From: Chloroflexota bacterium
GTDB lineage: Bacteria > Chloroflexota > Dehalococcoidia > Lucifugimonadales > Lucifugimonadaceae
NCBI GenBank assembly: GCA_013204545.1
Contig: JABMNN010000046.1
Location: 11,724 to 75,723 of the forward strand
Length of the DNA: 64,000 nt
Direction of reading: 5' to 3'
Under the pieces are notes generated by a model. It saw nothing but the letters and a program-made list of their open reading frames with translations. It did not search any database and was not told where the DNA came from. The translations under genes were made by a program, and so were the position numbers. Below are positions 41,379-48,869 of the stretch, in pieces (position 1 is the stretch's first letter; each line of letters opens with the position of its first letter).

Positions 41379-42016
41379 GCTGCGCCAGTGCTAAGCGACT
41401 CTTCGATTATGGAGAGCACTTCATCGACAGACGGTCGATCGCTCGGTTCGGCTGCCACTAGCCTCGCAATTAGGCTGCCGTGAGCGTTGAAAATGAAGCT
41501 GGCGGGATTTGGCTGACCATTGTTGTCTAAATCGAAAACCCGCCAATCGTTCGCCACTACATTGAGTGGATCGGCGATGAGTGAAAAATCGAGGCCAAAT
41601 TCATCGCGCATGTCGATCACTTGATTAGGCAGATCGGACACGATAACCACCACCTCGGCCCCCAAATTTTCGAACTCGTTGATCTTCACCTGAACGTCGC
41701 GCATCTGCGATATATCCAATTCGTCGGTCGAACTCGGTATGAACAAAAGATAGATGGGTACACTCCCTAGCAGGTCTTCGAGTCGAATATTTTCTCCAGC
41801 CACTGTTGTAACTGAGAAAACAGGGGCGAGTGACGCTGATGGCTCTTTCTGAACCACAGACGTTGGCGTAACTGCTTTCTCGGACGTTTCTACCGTAATG
41901 ACGAGCCCTTCGGAGGCCGGGCTTGGGTGTGAGTCGGCCTCCGAAGGGCTCGCACATGCCGTGGAGAAGAACAGCATTACGATGAAGGGGATAATCGAGA
42001 CAGCGCGGAGATTCAT
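41375..42016 (-). CDS. Redoxin/AhpC-TSA-fold lipoprotein lacking redox-active Cys
   Basis: Signal peptide with lipobox FFSTAC. Thioredoxin-fold layout collinear with the upstream gene, but the CxxC position reads LLFIPSSTDEL. The mature protein contains no Cys. Confidence 0.7.
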   Translation of the reverse strand: MNLRAVSIIPFIVMLFFSTACASPSEADSHPSPASEGLVITVETSEKAVTPTSVVQKEPSASLAPVFSVTTVAGENIRLEDLLGSVPIYLLFIPSSTDELDISQMRDVQVKINEFENLGAEVVVIVSDLPNQVIDMRDEFGLDFSLIADPLNVVANDWRVFDLDNNGQPNPASFIFNAHGSLIARLVAAEPSDRPSVDEVLSIIEESLSTGAA

Positions 42017-42026
42017 ACGTATGAGT

Positions 42027-42725
42027 CTAGCCGAGCTTTTCGATTTGTTCGATTATTTCTTCTGCTTCGACTTGATGGGTGTAGTTTAGGCCAACGTTTT
42101 GCCAAACGATCTCACCGTTTGTGTCGATAAGGAATACCGAAGCAGAAGCTAGTCCGTCGCCAAAAAGATTGAACACCCCGTACTGTTTCGGTATTTCCGG
42201 ATCGAGTGATGTAAATAGAATAGGAAATTCGTAACCTTGTGCGGCAGCCAGAGCAGCGGGGCCATCAAGATTGTCGGTGCTTATGGCCAGAATCTGAACT
42301 CCAGCGGCATCGAGTTCAGCCTGAGATCGTTGCAACTTCCCGAGTTGCCTTCTGCAGAACGTTCACCAATAGGCTCGGTAGAACACCACTGCCACCGGTT
42401 TGTCGCCTCGGAACTGTGAAAGTGTGTACTCGGTACCCTGGATAGACGGTAACGTGAAATCTGGGGCGAGTTTCGATGCTGGGCCCGGAGTGTTGACTAA
42501 TGGCGGCTCGGTTGGCGTCGGAATAGCGTCGATTGTCGAAGTCGGCTGTGTTAATTCAGAACCTGCTGTAGTTGCGGTTGGCGATCGCTCGGCTGCTGCG
42601 GCCGGTAATGACTCGACCGGATCTGAAGCCGGAGCGTCAGATTCGGCGGCCCCACATGCTGTAGTCAAAACGAACAATCCGACAATCAACAAAATCGTGA
42701 TTGTCATTCGGTCGCTTCGTGTCAT
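42027..42725 (-). CDS. Candidate selenoprotein: AhpC-TSA/redoxin-fold lipoprotein with in-frame UGA (U-T-F-C)
   Basis: ORFs 42363..42782 and 42027..42335 share one frame and are split only by TGA 42363..42365. Read-through gives VAVVFYRAYW-U-TFCRRQLGKLQRSQAELD. Lipoprotein signal MTRSDRMTITILLIVGLFVLTTAC. The start is placed at ATG 42723..42725, though GTG 42782 is possible. Confidence 0.65.
42321..42357 (-). promoter_or_regulatory. Candidate bacterial SECIS stem-loop
   Basis: mRNA fold CUG-C-AGA-AG-GCAACU-[CGGGA]-AGUUGC-AACGA-UCU-CAG, starting 5 nt after the UGA. The apical loop begins 20 nt after the UGA. Confidence 0.5.
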
Positions 42726-42781
42726 ATCTAAGCTCATCAGAGCAGTTCGTCCAAACAAGTACATCGCCATGTAGAAAGGCA

Positions 42782-42797
42782 CAGTCGACTTCGACTG
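42782..42797 (-). terminator. Possible terminator hairpin after the aminotransferase gene
   Basis: CAGTCGA/TCGACTG inverted repeat, followed on the minus strand by UGCCUUUCU. Confidence 0.3.
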
Positions 42798-42856
42798 CGC
42801 CTATTCATAGTTCGCTCGATTAGATGTGACCGCCAGAAAAACGATCACAGCTTAAT

Positions 42857-43957
42857 TTACGAAGTCATCGACTTGAGGGTTTCCTCTGCTGCCTTCAAAG
42901 CTTCATCGATGTGCGATTTTTCGACCCACCCCATGTGACCAACTCGGAATATTTTTCCAGCTAGTGACTTTTGACCACCGCCAAGAATCACGTTGTAATT
43001 CTTGGTGACCTGCGCCAAGAATGCTTTGCCGTCGAGACCCTCCGGCAATTTGATTGCGGTAACGGTGTTGGAAGCAAATTTTGGGTCGGGCAGTAGTTCG
43101 AGACCAAGAGCCTTCGCTCCGTCTCGGGTGTGCTGCGCGATTTCGTGGTGACGTGCAAAGACGTTTTCAATGCCTTCATCGACCATCGATTGTAGTGCGA
43201 ATTCAAGAGTGAATATAGCTGGCAGGCACGGCGTGAACGGCGGTTGGCCGATCTTGCGGTAGTCTTCGTATTGTTGGATGTCGAGATAGTACTTCGGAGT
43301 GGTCGACTCGCCGTAAGCCTTCCACGCCTCTTCTGAGAACGTGACCATGGAAATACCGGGAGGCGAAATCCAACTCTTCTGCGATGCGGTAGCAACAACG
43401 TCGATGCCCCAAGCGTCGACAGCGATAGGAACGCCACCGGCGCTGGATACAGCGTCGACAAGGATCAGGGCGTCTGACTCCTCGTGAATGACTTTGCAAA
43501 GGTCTTCAAGTGGGTTAGAAACACCGGTCGAACTTTCGTTGTGAGTGAAGATCACTGCCTTCACATTCGACATGCCCTTGAGAGTCTCACGGACTTTATC
43601 GAGATCGGCAGCCTGCCCGAGATCGAATGAAAGGCGATTGACATCTGCGCGGTATGCCTCGGCAATTTCTGCGAATCTTTCACCGAACGCACCGATGATG
43701 ATCGATAGAACTTTATCGCCAGGTGAAAGGGTGTTCACCACTGCGGTTTCCATCGCTCCAGTTCCCGACGACGTGATGAAGTACACATCGTTCTGGGTCA
43801 TGAACACCGTCTTCAAATTTCTCGTCATGCGATCAAGCATGTCGGCGTACTCAGGGCCCCGATGATTGATCATCTGCGACCCGGCGAGTTTGAGGACATC
43901 GTCGGGTAGTGGTACTGGTCCTGGGATTCGAAGGTTTGGCTGGTTCTGGCTGCTCAC
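42857..43957 (-). CDS. Class V PLP aminotransferase (serine-pyruvate / alanine-glyoxylate type)
   Basis: 366-aa ORF with a GTG start preceded by ACGGAG. N-terminal IPGPVPLP and the PLP-lysine context ATASQKSW. Confidence 0.9.
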   Translation of the reverse strand: MSSQNQPNLRIPGPVPLPDDVLKLAGSQMINHRGPEYADMLDRMTRNLKTVFMTQNDVYFITSSGTGAMETAVVNTLSPGDKVLSIIIGAFGERFAEIAEAYRADVNRLSFDLGQAADLDKVRETLKGMSNVKAVIFTHNESSTGVSNPLEDLCKVIHEESDALILVDAVSSAGGVPIAVDAWGIDVVATASQKSWISPPGISMVTFSEEAWKAYGESTTPKYYLDIQQYEDYRKIGQPPFTPCLPAIFTLEFALQSMVDEGIENVFARHHEIAQHTRDGAKALGLELLPDPKFASNTVTAIKLPEGLDGKAFLAQVTKNYNVILGGGQKSLAGKIFRVGHMGWVEKSHIDEALKAAEETLKSMTS

Positions 43958-44732
43958 CGGAGTGCTCCGTTCATACGGAATGTGACTACTAAATTATGTA
44001 AAGTTTCGACCGTTGCCATGATTGCTTTTGCAATCGATCAATGGACGACCGTCAAGAATTCTAACTCTCACCATGTAAAACGGCTGTAAATTCAGTGCGA
44101 GGAGTTAGTGAGGGGTATTACCGATTCTCAACAAAGCCCTCGATCTGAATATCAAAGATCTTTATATCTGATCAACATCAAGTCAACATAACGGAGTTAC
44201 TATGGCTGCGGTCTGATTAGACGATTCCAATGCGGGGCCGAACTAACAAAATACGGAGTATCAGTGAATGACAATTCCCGGAATGTCTGTAACAGCTATT
44301 CTGTTGATAACTACCACCCCGTTTTTTTGTCTAGGGATTGGAGTTCTGAAGCGCAGGAAGTATTTGGTGTTAGTCCACTGGTCTCAGAGTAGACTACCTC
44401 GACTTGCTGAATCCCACCCGCTCTCAATCGAGTCACTTGGGCTGGCACGGCATACGAATCGATCCCCTGGCTTTACTAGCAATTCACCAATTCGATTCGA
44501 CGGATGCTTTCTGCCTAGCTTGATAGTGTCTGGACCAAATGAACGCCTTATGCAAGCACAAACCCGTCCCGAGTGGCAAGCGTTAGTAGCCTTGCCGGAT
44601 ACTTGGGCTTCCCGAATGTTCGTAACTTTTTTTTGGTGGACTGGGTCTAGTAGGCGGAATCGTCTTGACAATCTTCGCGATTTATTTCGGTTACAGCATG
44701 GAAGTGTGAACATGCTGGAACTCTCTAATTGC

Positions 44733-46046
44733 CTACTCCGCTAGCTTCACTAGCGAGTAGTTTTTGCGACCTCGCCTGATAACGAGGAGACGATCTTCGA
44801 CGAGATCATCGACACCGACCGAACGACCTGCGTCGACTATCTGCTCACCGTTGAGGTACATGCCGCCCTGTTCGATGGTGCGTCGTACGTCGCCACCTGA
44901 TTTTCCTGCTCCGGCCGAAACAGCGAGATCCACGAATCGAATGCCTTCGCCGGATAGCTGATCTCGATTTACATCGGTAACCGAAGAACCTTCGAGCACG
45001 TCTTCCAGTTCGTCAGCAGATAGTCCGGATATATCGCCACCAAAGAACGCACGAGTCACTTTCAAAGCCTGATCGAGTCCGCCATGACCGTGAATCGTTC
45101 GCGTTACTTCTTCGGCAAGTGCTTGCTGAGCTTCACGCTTCTGTGGCTCGATGCTCACAGCTTCCGCCAAGCCACCCACCTGAACCTGATTCAGCATAGT
45201 GAACAGCTTCACGTAAGGCACTGCGTCAGCGTCTGCAACGTTCAAAAAGAATTGATACAGCTTGTAAGGTGATGTTTGCTTGGGATCGAGCGTTGGCGCA
45301 CCACCAATCGACTTCCCGAACTTCTCTCCAGTCGAGCTACTCACCAAGGGGTAAGCGATTCCATGGGCCCGTGGCCGACCTTCGGAGTCGGCTCCATGAA
45401 TCCTTCGAATCAAGTCGACGCCACCCAGAATGTTGCCCCACTGGTCGCTACCGCCGGCCTGAAAGCCAACATGGTCTTGCTCGTAGAGCGTCAGAAAATC
45501 ATATGCCTGAAGCAACTGGTAGCTGAACTCTGTGAACGATATTCCGCTGTCTCGATCGAATCGACCTTTTACGGACTCGCGCCCCATCATCGAATTAACA
45601 GTGAAGTGTTTACCAACATCTCTTAGGAACGGAAGCAATTCTGTTGTTCGAAGCCAGTCGGCGTTGTTGACCATACGCGCTGGATTGGATTTTGCTTTGA
45701 AATCCAAAAACGGTTCGAGTTGCAGGCGAATTGCTTCGACGTTATCGTCGATTTCAGCGATCGACATTAACGTTCGCTCATCAGCGCGACCCGAAGGATC
45801 ACCGATCATGCCTGTACCGCCGCCGACAAGCGCTACGGGTGTGTGACCGTAACGTTGAAGTCGAACAAGTCCCATAACCGGAACCAGATTGCCAATATGA
45901 AGACTGCTCGCCGTAGGGTCGAAACCGTTGTAGCAAGTGACTTTTTCAGTGGCGAGTGTGTGAGTTGCACCAGGGGTGGCGTCGAAGAGTGCACCTCTCC
46001 ATTCGAGGTCTTCAGCTACGTTTTGAAATTCAGTGTCGGTAGTCAT
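44733..46046 (-). CDS. tyrS: Tyrosyl-tRNA synthetase
   Basis: 437-aa ORF with the HIGH-type motif SLHIGNL, the KMSKS-type motif KFGKS, and a C-terminal S4-like domain. Confidence 0.95.
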   Translation of the reverse strand: MTTDTEFQNVAEDLEWRGALFDATPGATHTLATEKVTCYNGFDPTASSLHIGNLVPVMGLVRLQRYGHTPVALVGGGTGMIGDPSGRADERTLMSIAEIDDNVEAIRLQLEPFLDFKAKSNPARMVNNADWLRTTELLPFLRDVGKHFTVNSMMGRESVKGRFDRDSGISFTEFSYQLLQAYDFLTLYEQDHVGFQAGGSDQWGNILGGVDLIRRIHGADSEGRPRAHGIAYPLVSSSTGEKFGKSIGGAPTLDPKQTSPYKLYQFFLNVADADAVPYVKLFTMLNQVQVGGLAEAVSIEPQKREAQQALAEEVTRTIHGHGGLDQALKVTRAFFGGDISGLSADELEDVLEGSSVTDVNRDQLSGEGIRFVDLAVSAGAGKSGGDVRRTIEQGGMYLNGEQIVDAGRSVGVDDLVEDRLLVIRRGRKNYSLVKLAE

Positions 46047-46103
46047 CTGAGTGTCCTGAGTTCAGCCGGTTCTCCGGCCTTTGAGATCGGATACGAAGTC
46101 GAA

Positions 46104-47030
46104 TTAGTTGATTGCCAGAATTTGGCGGGTTTGCTCGACGTCTTTATTCATTTGCTCGATTAGTTGTTCCACAGATTCGAATGCGACCTCTGGCCTGAGT
46201 CGTTTCACGAACTCTAGGCGAAGCCGCTTTGTATACAGATCACCGTCAAAGTCTAGGAGGAACGCTTCGATAGTACGACCCCCATCGGTTTCGAAAGTTG
46301 GTCGTACGCCGATGCTGGTCGCCGCATTATGAGCGATGCCGTCTACGTCGACTAGGGTTGCGTAAATCCCATTTTTAGGAACAGTTGATGAAAAATCAGG
46401 CTCGATGTTTGCAGTTGGAAAGCCCAATTCGCGCCCACGTTTTTCACCATTTGCTACAACCCCCGAAATTGAGTAGTTTCGCCCCAGCATTTTGGCGGCA
46501 GTGTCGCAATCACCCGCGGTAATCGCATTGCGAATTGCAGAGCTGGAAACAGCTTGCTCATCAACAACAGCGGCTGGAACACTGATGAAATCGATGCCGC
46601 TGAGTTCATCAGTGTTCGAAAGCTGTTCTACATTTGATCGGTCTGATCCAATCATTGCCCCCGGTCCTAGAACTAAGGCGTTCAGCCCTACGTGGTCGCG
46701 TAGAGCATTGATGAATTCGACAGACGACAACTGCTGAATAGTCGTTCCAAACTCAAGTTCGACAATTCTGTCGATCCCGGATCCACGGAGGATACTTCTG
46801 CGCTCTTCGAAACCGCTTAGGTATGAAACTTGTGAGCCTGGTTTGATGAACGCACGCGGCTGCTCTTTGAACACAAAAACTACCGATTTCGCACCGCGAG
46901 CAGACGCTTCGTCCTGCACCCGCCGCAGTAGCGACTGGTGGCCAAGATGAACACCATCAAACGTGCCGACGGTGGCGACCGTCGGGCCAGTCATGGCATC
47001 TATTGAAGCGAACAGATCGGTTATCGACAT
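46104..47030 (-). CDS. ribF: Bifunctional riboflavin kinase / FAD synthetase
   Basis: 308-aa ORF with GTFDGVHLGHQSL, GFPTANI and a C-terminal riboflavin kinase domain. Confidence 0.9.
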   Translation of the reverse strand: MSITDLFASIDAMTGPTVATVGTFDGVHLGHQSLLRRVQDEASARGAKSVVFVFKEQPRAFIKPGSQVSYLSGFEERRSILRGSGIDRIVELEFGTTIQQLSSVEFINALRDHVGLNALVLGPGAMIGSDRSNVEQLSNTDELSGIDFISVPAAVVDEQAVSSSAIRNAITAGDCDTAAKMLGRNYSISGVVANGEKRGRELGFPTANIEPDFSSTVPKNGIYATLVDVDGIAHNAATSIGVRPTFETDGGRTIEAFLLDFDGDLYTKRLRLEFVKRLRPEVAFESVEQLIEQMNKDVEQTRQILAIN

Positions 47031-47087
47031 GATCGTCGGTTGCTGGAATATGCGGCTCGATGTAAGTGAACCACGGTTCTCAGCTTT

Positions 47088-48125
47088 CTAGCTCAGGGTT
47101 GCGTGCGCCTCGCGGAGTAATACTTCGGTGGTCTCCCAGTTGATGCATGCATCGGTGATGGAGACACCGTACTTCAAATTGGCGGGATCGCCCAGTGACT
47201 GGTTCCCCTCGTTTAGATGACTTTCCAACATCAGACCAATCACACCGTTATTACCAGCGATTCGTTGCCGGATGGCATCGCGGAATACGATGGGTTGGCG
47301 ATTGTGATCTTTATTGCTGTTCGCATGCGAGCAGTCGATAACAACGTTTGGCTTCAATCCAGCGGCTTGGAGAAGGTGGGAGGCTTTTGCCACCCATTCT
47401 TCATCGTAGTTGGGGCCTGCTGAGCCACCACGAAGGATGAGATGTTGCGCTTTGTTACCTGCCGTGTGGACCACAGAAGCTCGACCATCGAGATCGATGC
47501 CGAGAAATGCATGTGGCGACCGAGCAGCCATCATTGCGTCGACCGCGATCTGGAGACTGCCACCGGTTCCGTTTTTGTAGCCGATTGGCATTGAAAGGCC
47601 ACTCGCCATCTGGCGGTGAGTTTGGCTTTCGGTTGTTCGTGCGCCAATTGCGCCCCACGAGATCAAATCTGCGAGGTACTGCGGAGTGAACGGGTCGAGG
47701 AATTCAGTTCCTGCTGCGAGGCCGAGCCCCAACACTTCAAGCAGGAACGCCCGGGCACGTTTGAGACCGGTTTTCATATCGAATGTGCCGTCGAGGTTGG
47801 GGTCGTTGATAAGACCCTTCCAACCGACGGTGGTACGAGGTTTTTCGAAATAGACCCGCATTACAACAAGAATCTTGTCTTTTACTTCATCCGCGATGAC
47901 AGCGAGTTTCTTTGCATATTCGAGCCCTGCTTTTTCATCGTGAATCGAACATGGCCCAACAAGCATGACCATACGGTCGTCGGTTCCTTGTTCGATATTC
48001 TCTATGGCCGCACGGGCATCGAGAACGACTTTCGCTAGTTCAGGAGTAATTGGTTGTGAATCGATGAACGATCGAGGGGAGTCGAGCGGTTGTATTTCGG
48101 TAACTCGGACATTTGATGTTGACAT
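47088..48125 (-). CDS. aroG: 3-deoxy-7-phosphoheptulonate (DAHP) synthase, class I alpha
   Basis: 345-aa ORF with GPCSIHD, MRVYFEKPRTTVGWKGLINDP, WGAIGARTTESQ and ESHLNEGNQS. Collinear with E. coli AroG/F/H from memory. Confidence 0.95.
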   Translation of the reverse strand: MSTSNVRVTEIQPLDSPRSFIDSQPITPELAKVVLDARAAIENIEQGTDDRMVMLVGPCSIHDEKAGLEYAKKLAVIADEVKDKILVVMRVYFEKPRTTVGWKGLINDPNLDGTFDMKTGLKRARAFLLEVLGLGLAAGTEFLDPFTPQYLADLISWGAIGARTTESQTHRQMASGLSMPIGYKNGTGGSLQIAVDAMMAARSPHAFLGIDLDGRASVVHTAGNKAQHLILRGGSAGPNYDEEWVAKASHLLQAAGLKPNVVIDCSHANSNKDHNRQPIVFRDAIRQRIAGNNGVIGLMLESHLNEGNQSLGDPANLKYGVSITDACINWETTEVLLREAHATLS

Positions 48126-48264
48126 GATCGGATCAGGTTTCTATTGAGCTGTTGAATGAATGAAATTACAGATGTCATGATTCATTCGGTCAGACCGGCA
48201 CAGTTGCATGCTGCGGGAGGGAGAGCTTAGTGAATCCAAGGGGCTGCGGGACGATCAGGCAGTA

Positions 48265-48417
48265 CTAGCTGCGATATGAACGTCCATACGTAAACAGCCC
48301 GCCGGTATAGCCAGCATAGAAGAAGCTATACGTGGATGAACGCGGAAAGGCGAAACCAAACGATTGTGAATCGCTTCGGCTTGAGTTTGAATTCGTCTGT
48401 AGGTTGCGCTCTGACAT
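48265..48417 (-). CDS. Candidate Phe/Tyr-rich leader peptide upstream of aroG
   Basis: The ATG lies 4 nt after the aroH stop. The 50 codons read MSERNLQTNSNSSRSDSQSFGFAFPRSSTYSFFYAGYTGGLFTYGRSYRS, with 6 Phe and 5 Tyr in the last 31 residues. The stop codon sits in the apical loop of a long stem-loop. Confidence 0.4.
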   Translation of the reverse strand: MSERNLQTNSNSSRSDSQSFGFAFPRSSTYSFFYAGYTGGLFTYGRSYRS

Positions 48418-48421
48418 ATCG

Positions 48422-48814
48422 TTATGAATTTGCCGTTGAAAGATCAGGGCGAAGTTTAGCAGCATCGTTCAAGTACGCGTGCCTGATTTCGTTCTGAGCT
48501 TTGTCAGTATTCCAGAAAATAAGTATACGTATGCATTGGGCTAATGCACCCGGTCGAGCCATCTCATGACCGCACATGAGAGGAACATCGTTCCATCCGA
48601 ATTGCTCTCGTGCAACAACGGCAGGAAATTCAGCGACAAGATCTGGACTGGTGGTGAATTGCACCGCTGCGACATCGTCTTGATCAATGCCATTCGCATC
48701 AATCAAGATCGATAGCAGCTGTGCAGTTGCCGCTAGTACGTCTTCAGCCGACGTACCGTTGGTGGTTGTCGCGCCTTTGACGCCTCGAACCTTCGTGGCC
48801 AATCTGTAACTCAT
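48422..48814 (-). CDS. aroH: Chorismate mutase, AroH type
   Basis: 130-aa ORF with VRGVKGATT, TSPDL...FPA, CIRILIFWNTD and RPDL. Collinear with B. subtilis AroH from memory. Confidence 0.85.
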   Translation of the reverse strand: MSYRLATKVRGVKGATTTNGTSAEDVLAATAQLLSILIDANGIDQDDVAAVQFTTSPDLVAEFPAVVAREQFGWNDVPLMCGHEMARPGALAQCIRILIFWNTDKAQNEIRHAYLNDAAKLRPDLSTANS

Positions 48815-48869
48815 TCTGGGTGCGGGTTAATGTTTGGCGGATCATACCTGATCCAGCAATTCAGGCGAC

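Noticed and set aside
42027-42335. Independent 102-aa gene starting at the 'M' shown in the ORF track.
   Set aside because: That codon is a TTG Leu in the middle of a conserved helix (RRQLGK-L-QRSQ). It is in frame with the upstream ORF across a single TGA and has no SD. It is better explained as the C-terminal part of one gene.
42988-43461. 157-aa and overlapping 98-aa minus-strand ORFs in alternative frames.
   Set aside because: They lie inside the class V aminotransferase gene in other frames. They are Arg/Ser-rich with no motifs.
44100-44700. tmRNA or RNase P RNA in the large non-coding gap. Fragments such as GATTCGACGG and TGGTGGAC looked reminiscent.
   Set aside because: There is no GGGG...acceptor 5' end paired to a UCCACCA 3' end and no T-arm GGTTCGA(A/T)TCC. 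Neither strand has the RNase P P4 motifs (GAGGAAAGUCC / ACAGAA-CCGGCUUA). The resemblance is limited to short strings.
44268-44744. 158-aa plus-strand ORF and the overlapping 109-aa minus-strand ORF (44384..44713).
   Set aside because: There are no motifs, the composition is skewed to Arg/Leu/Ser, there is no SD, and the plus-strand ORF runs into the tyrS stop region. I treat them as non-coding pending a homology search (see the finding on this gap).
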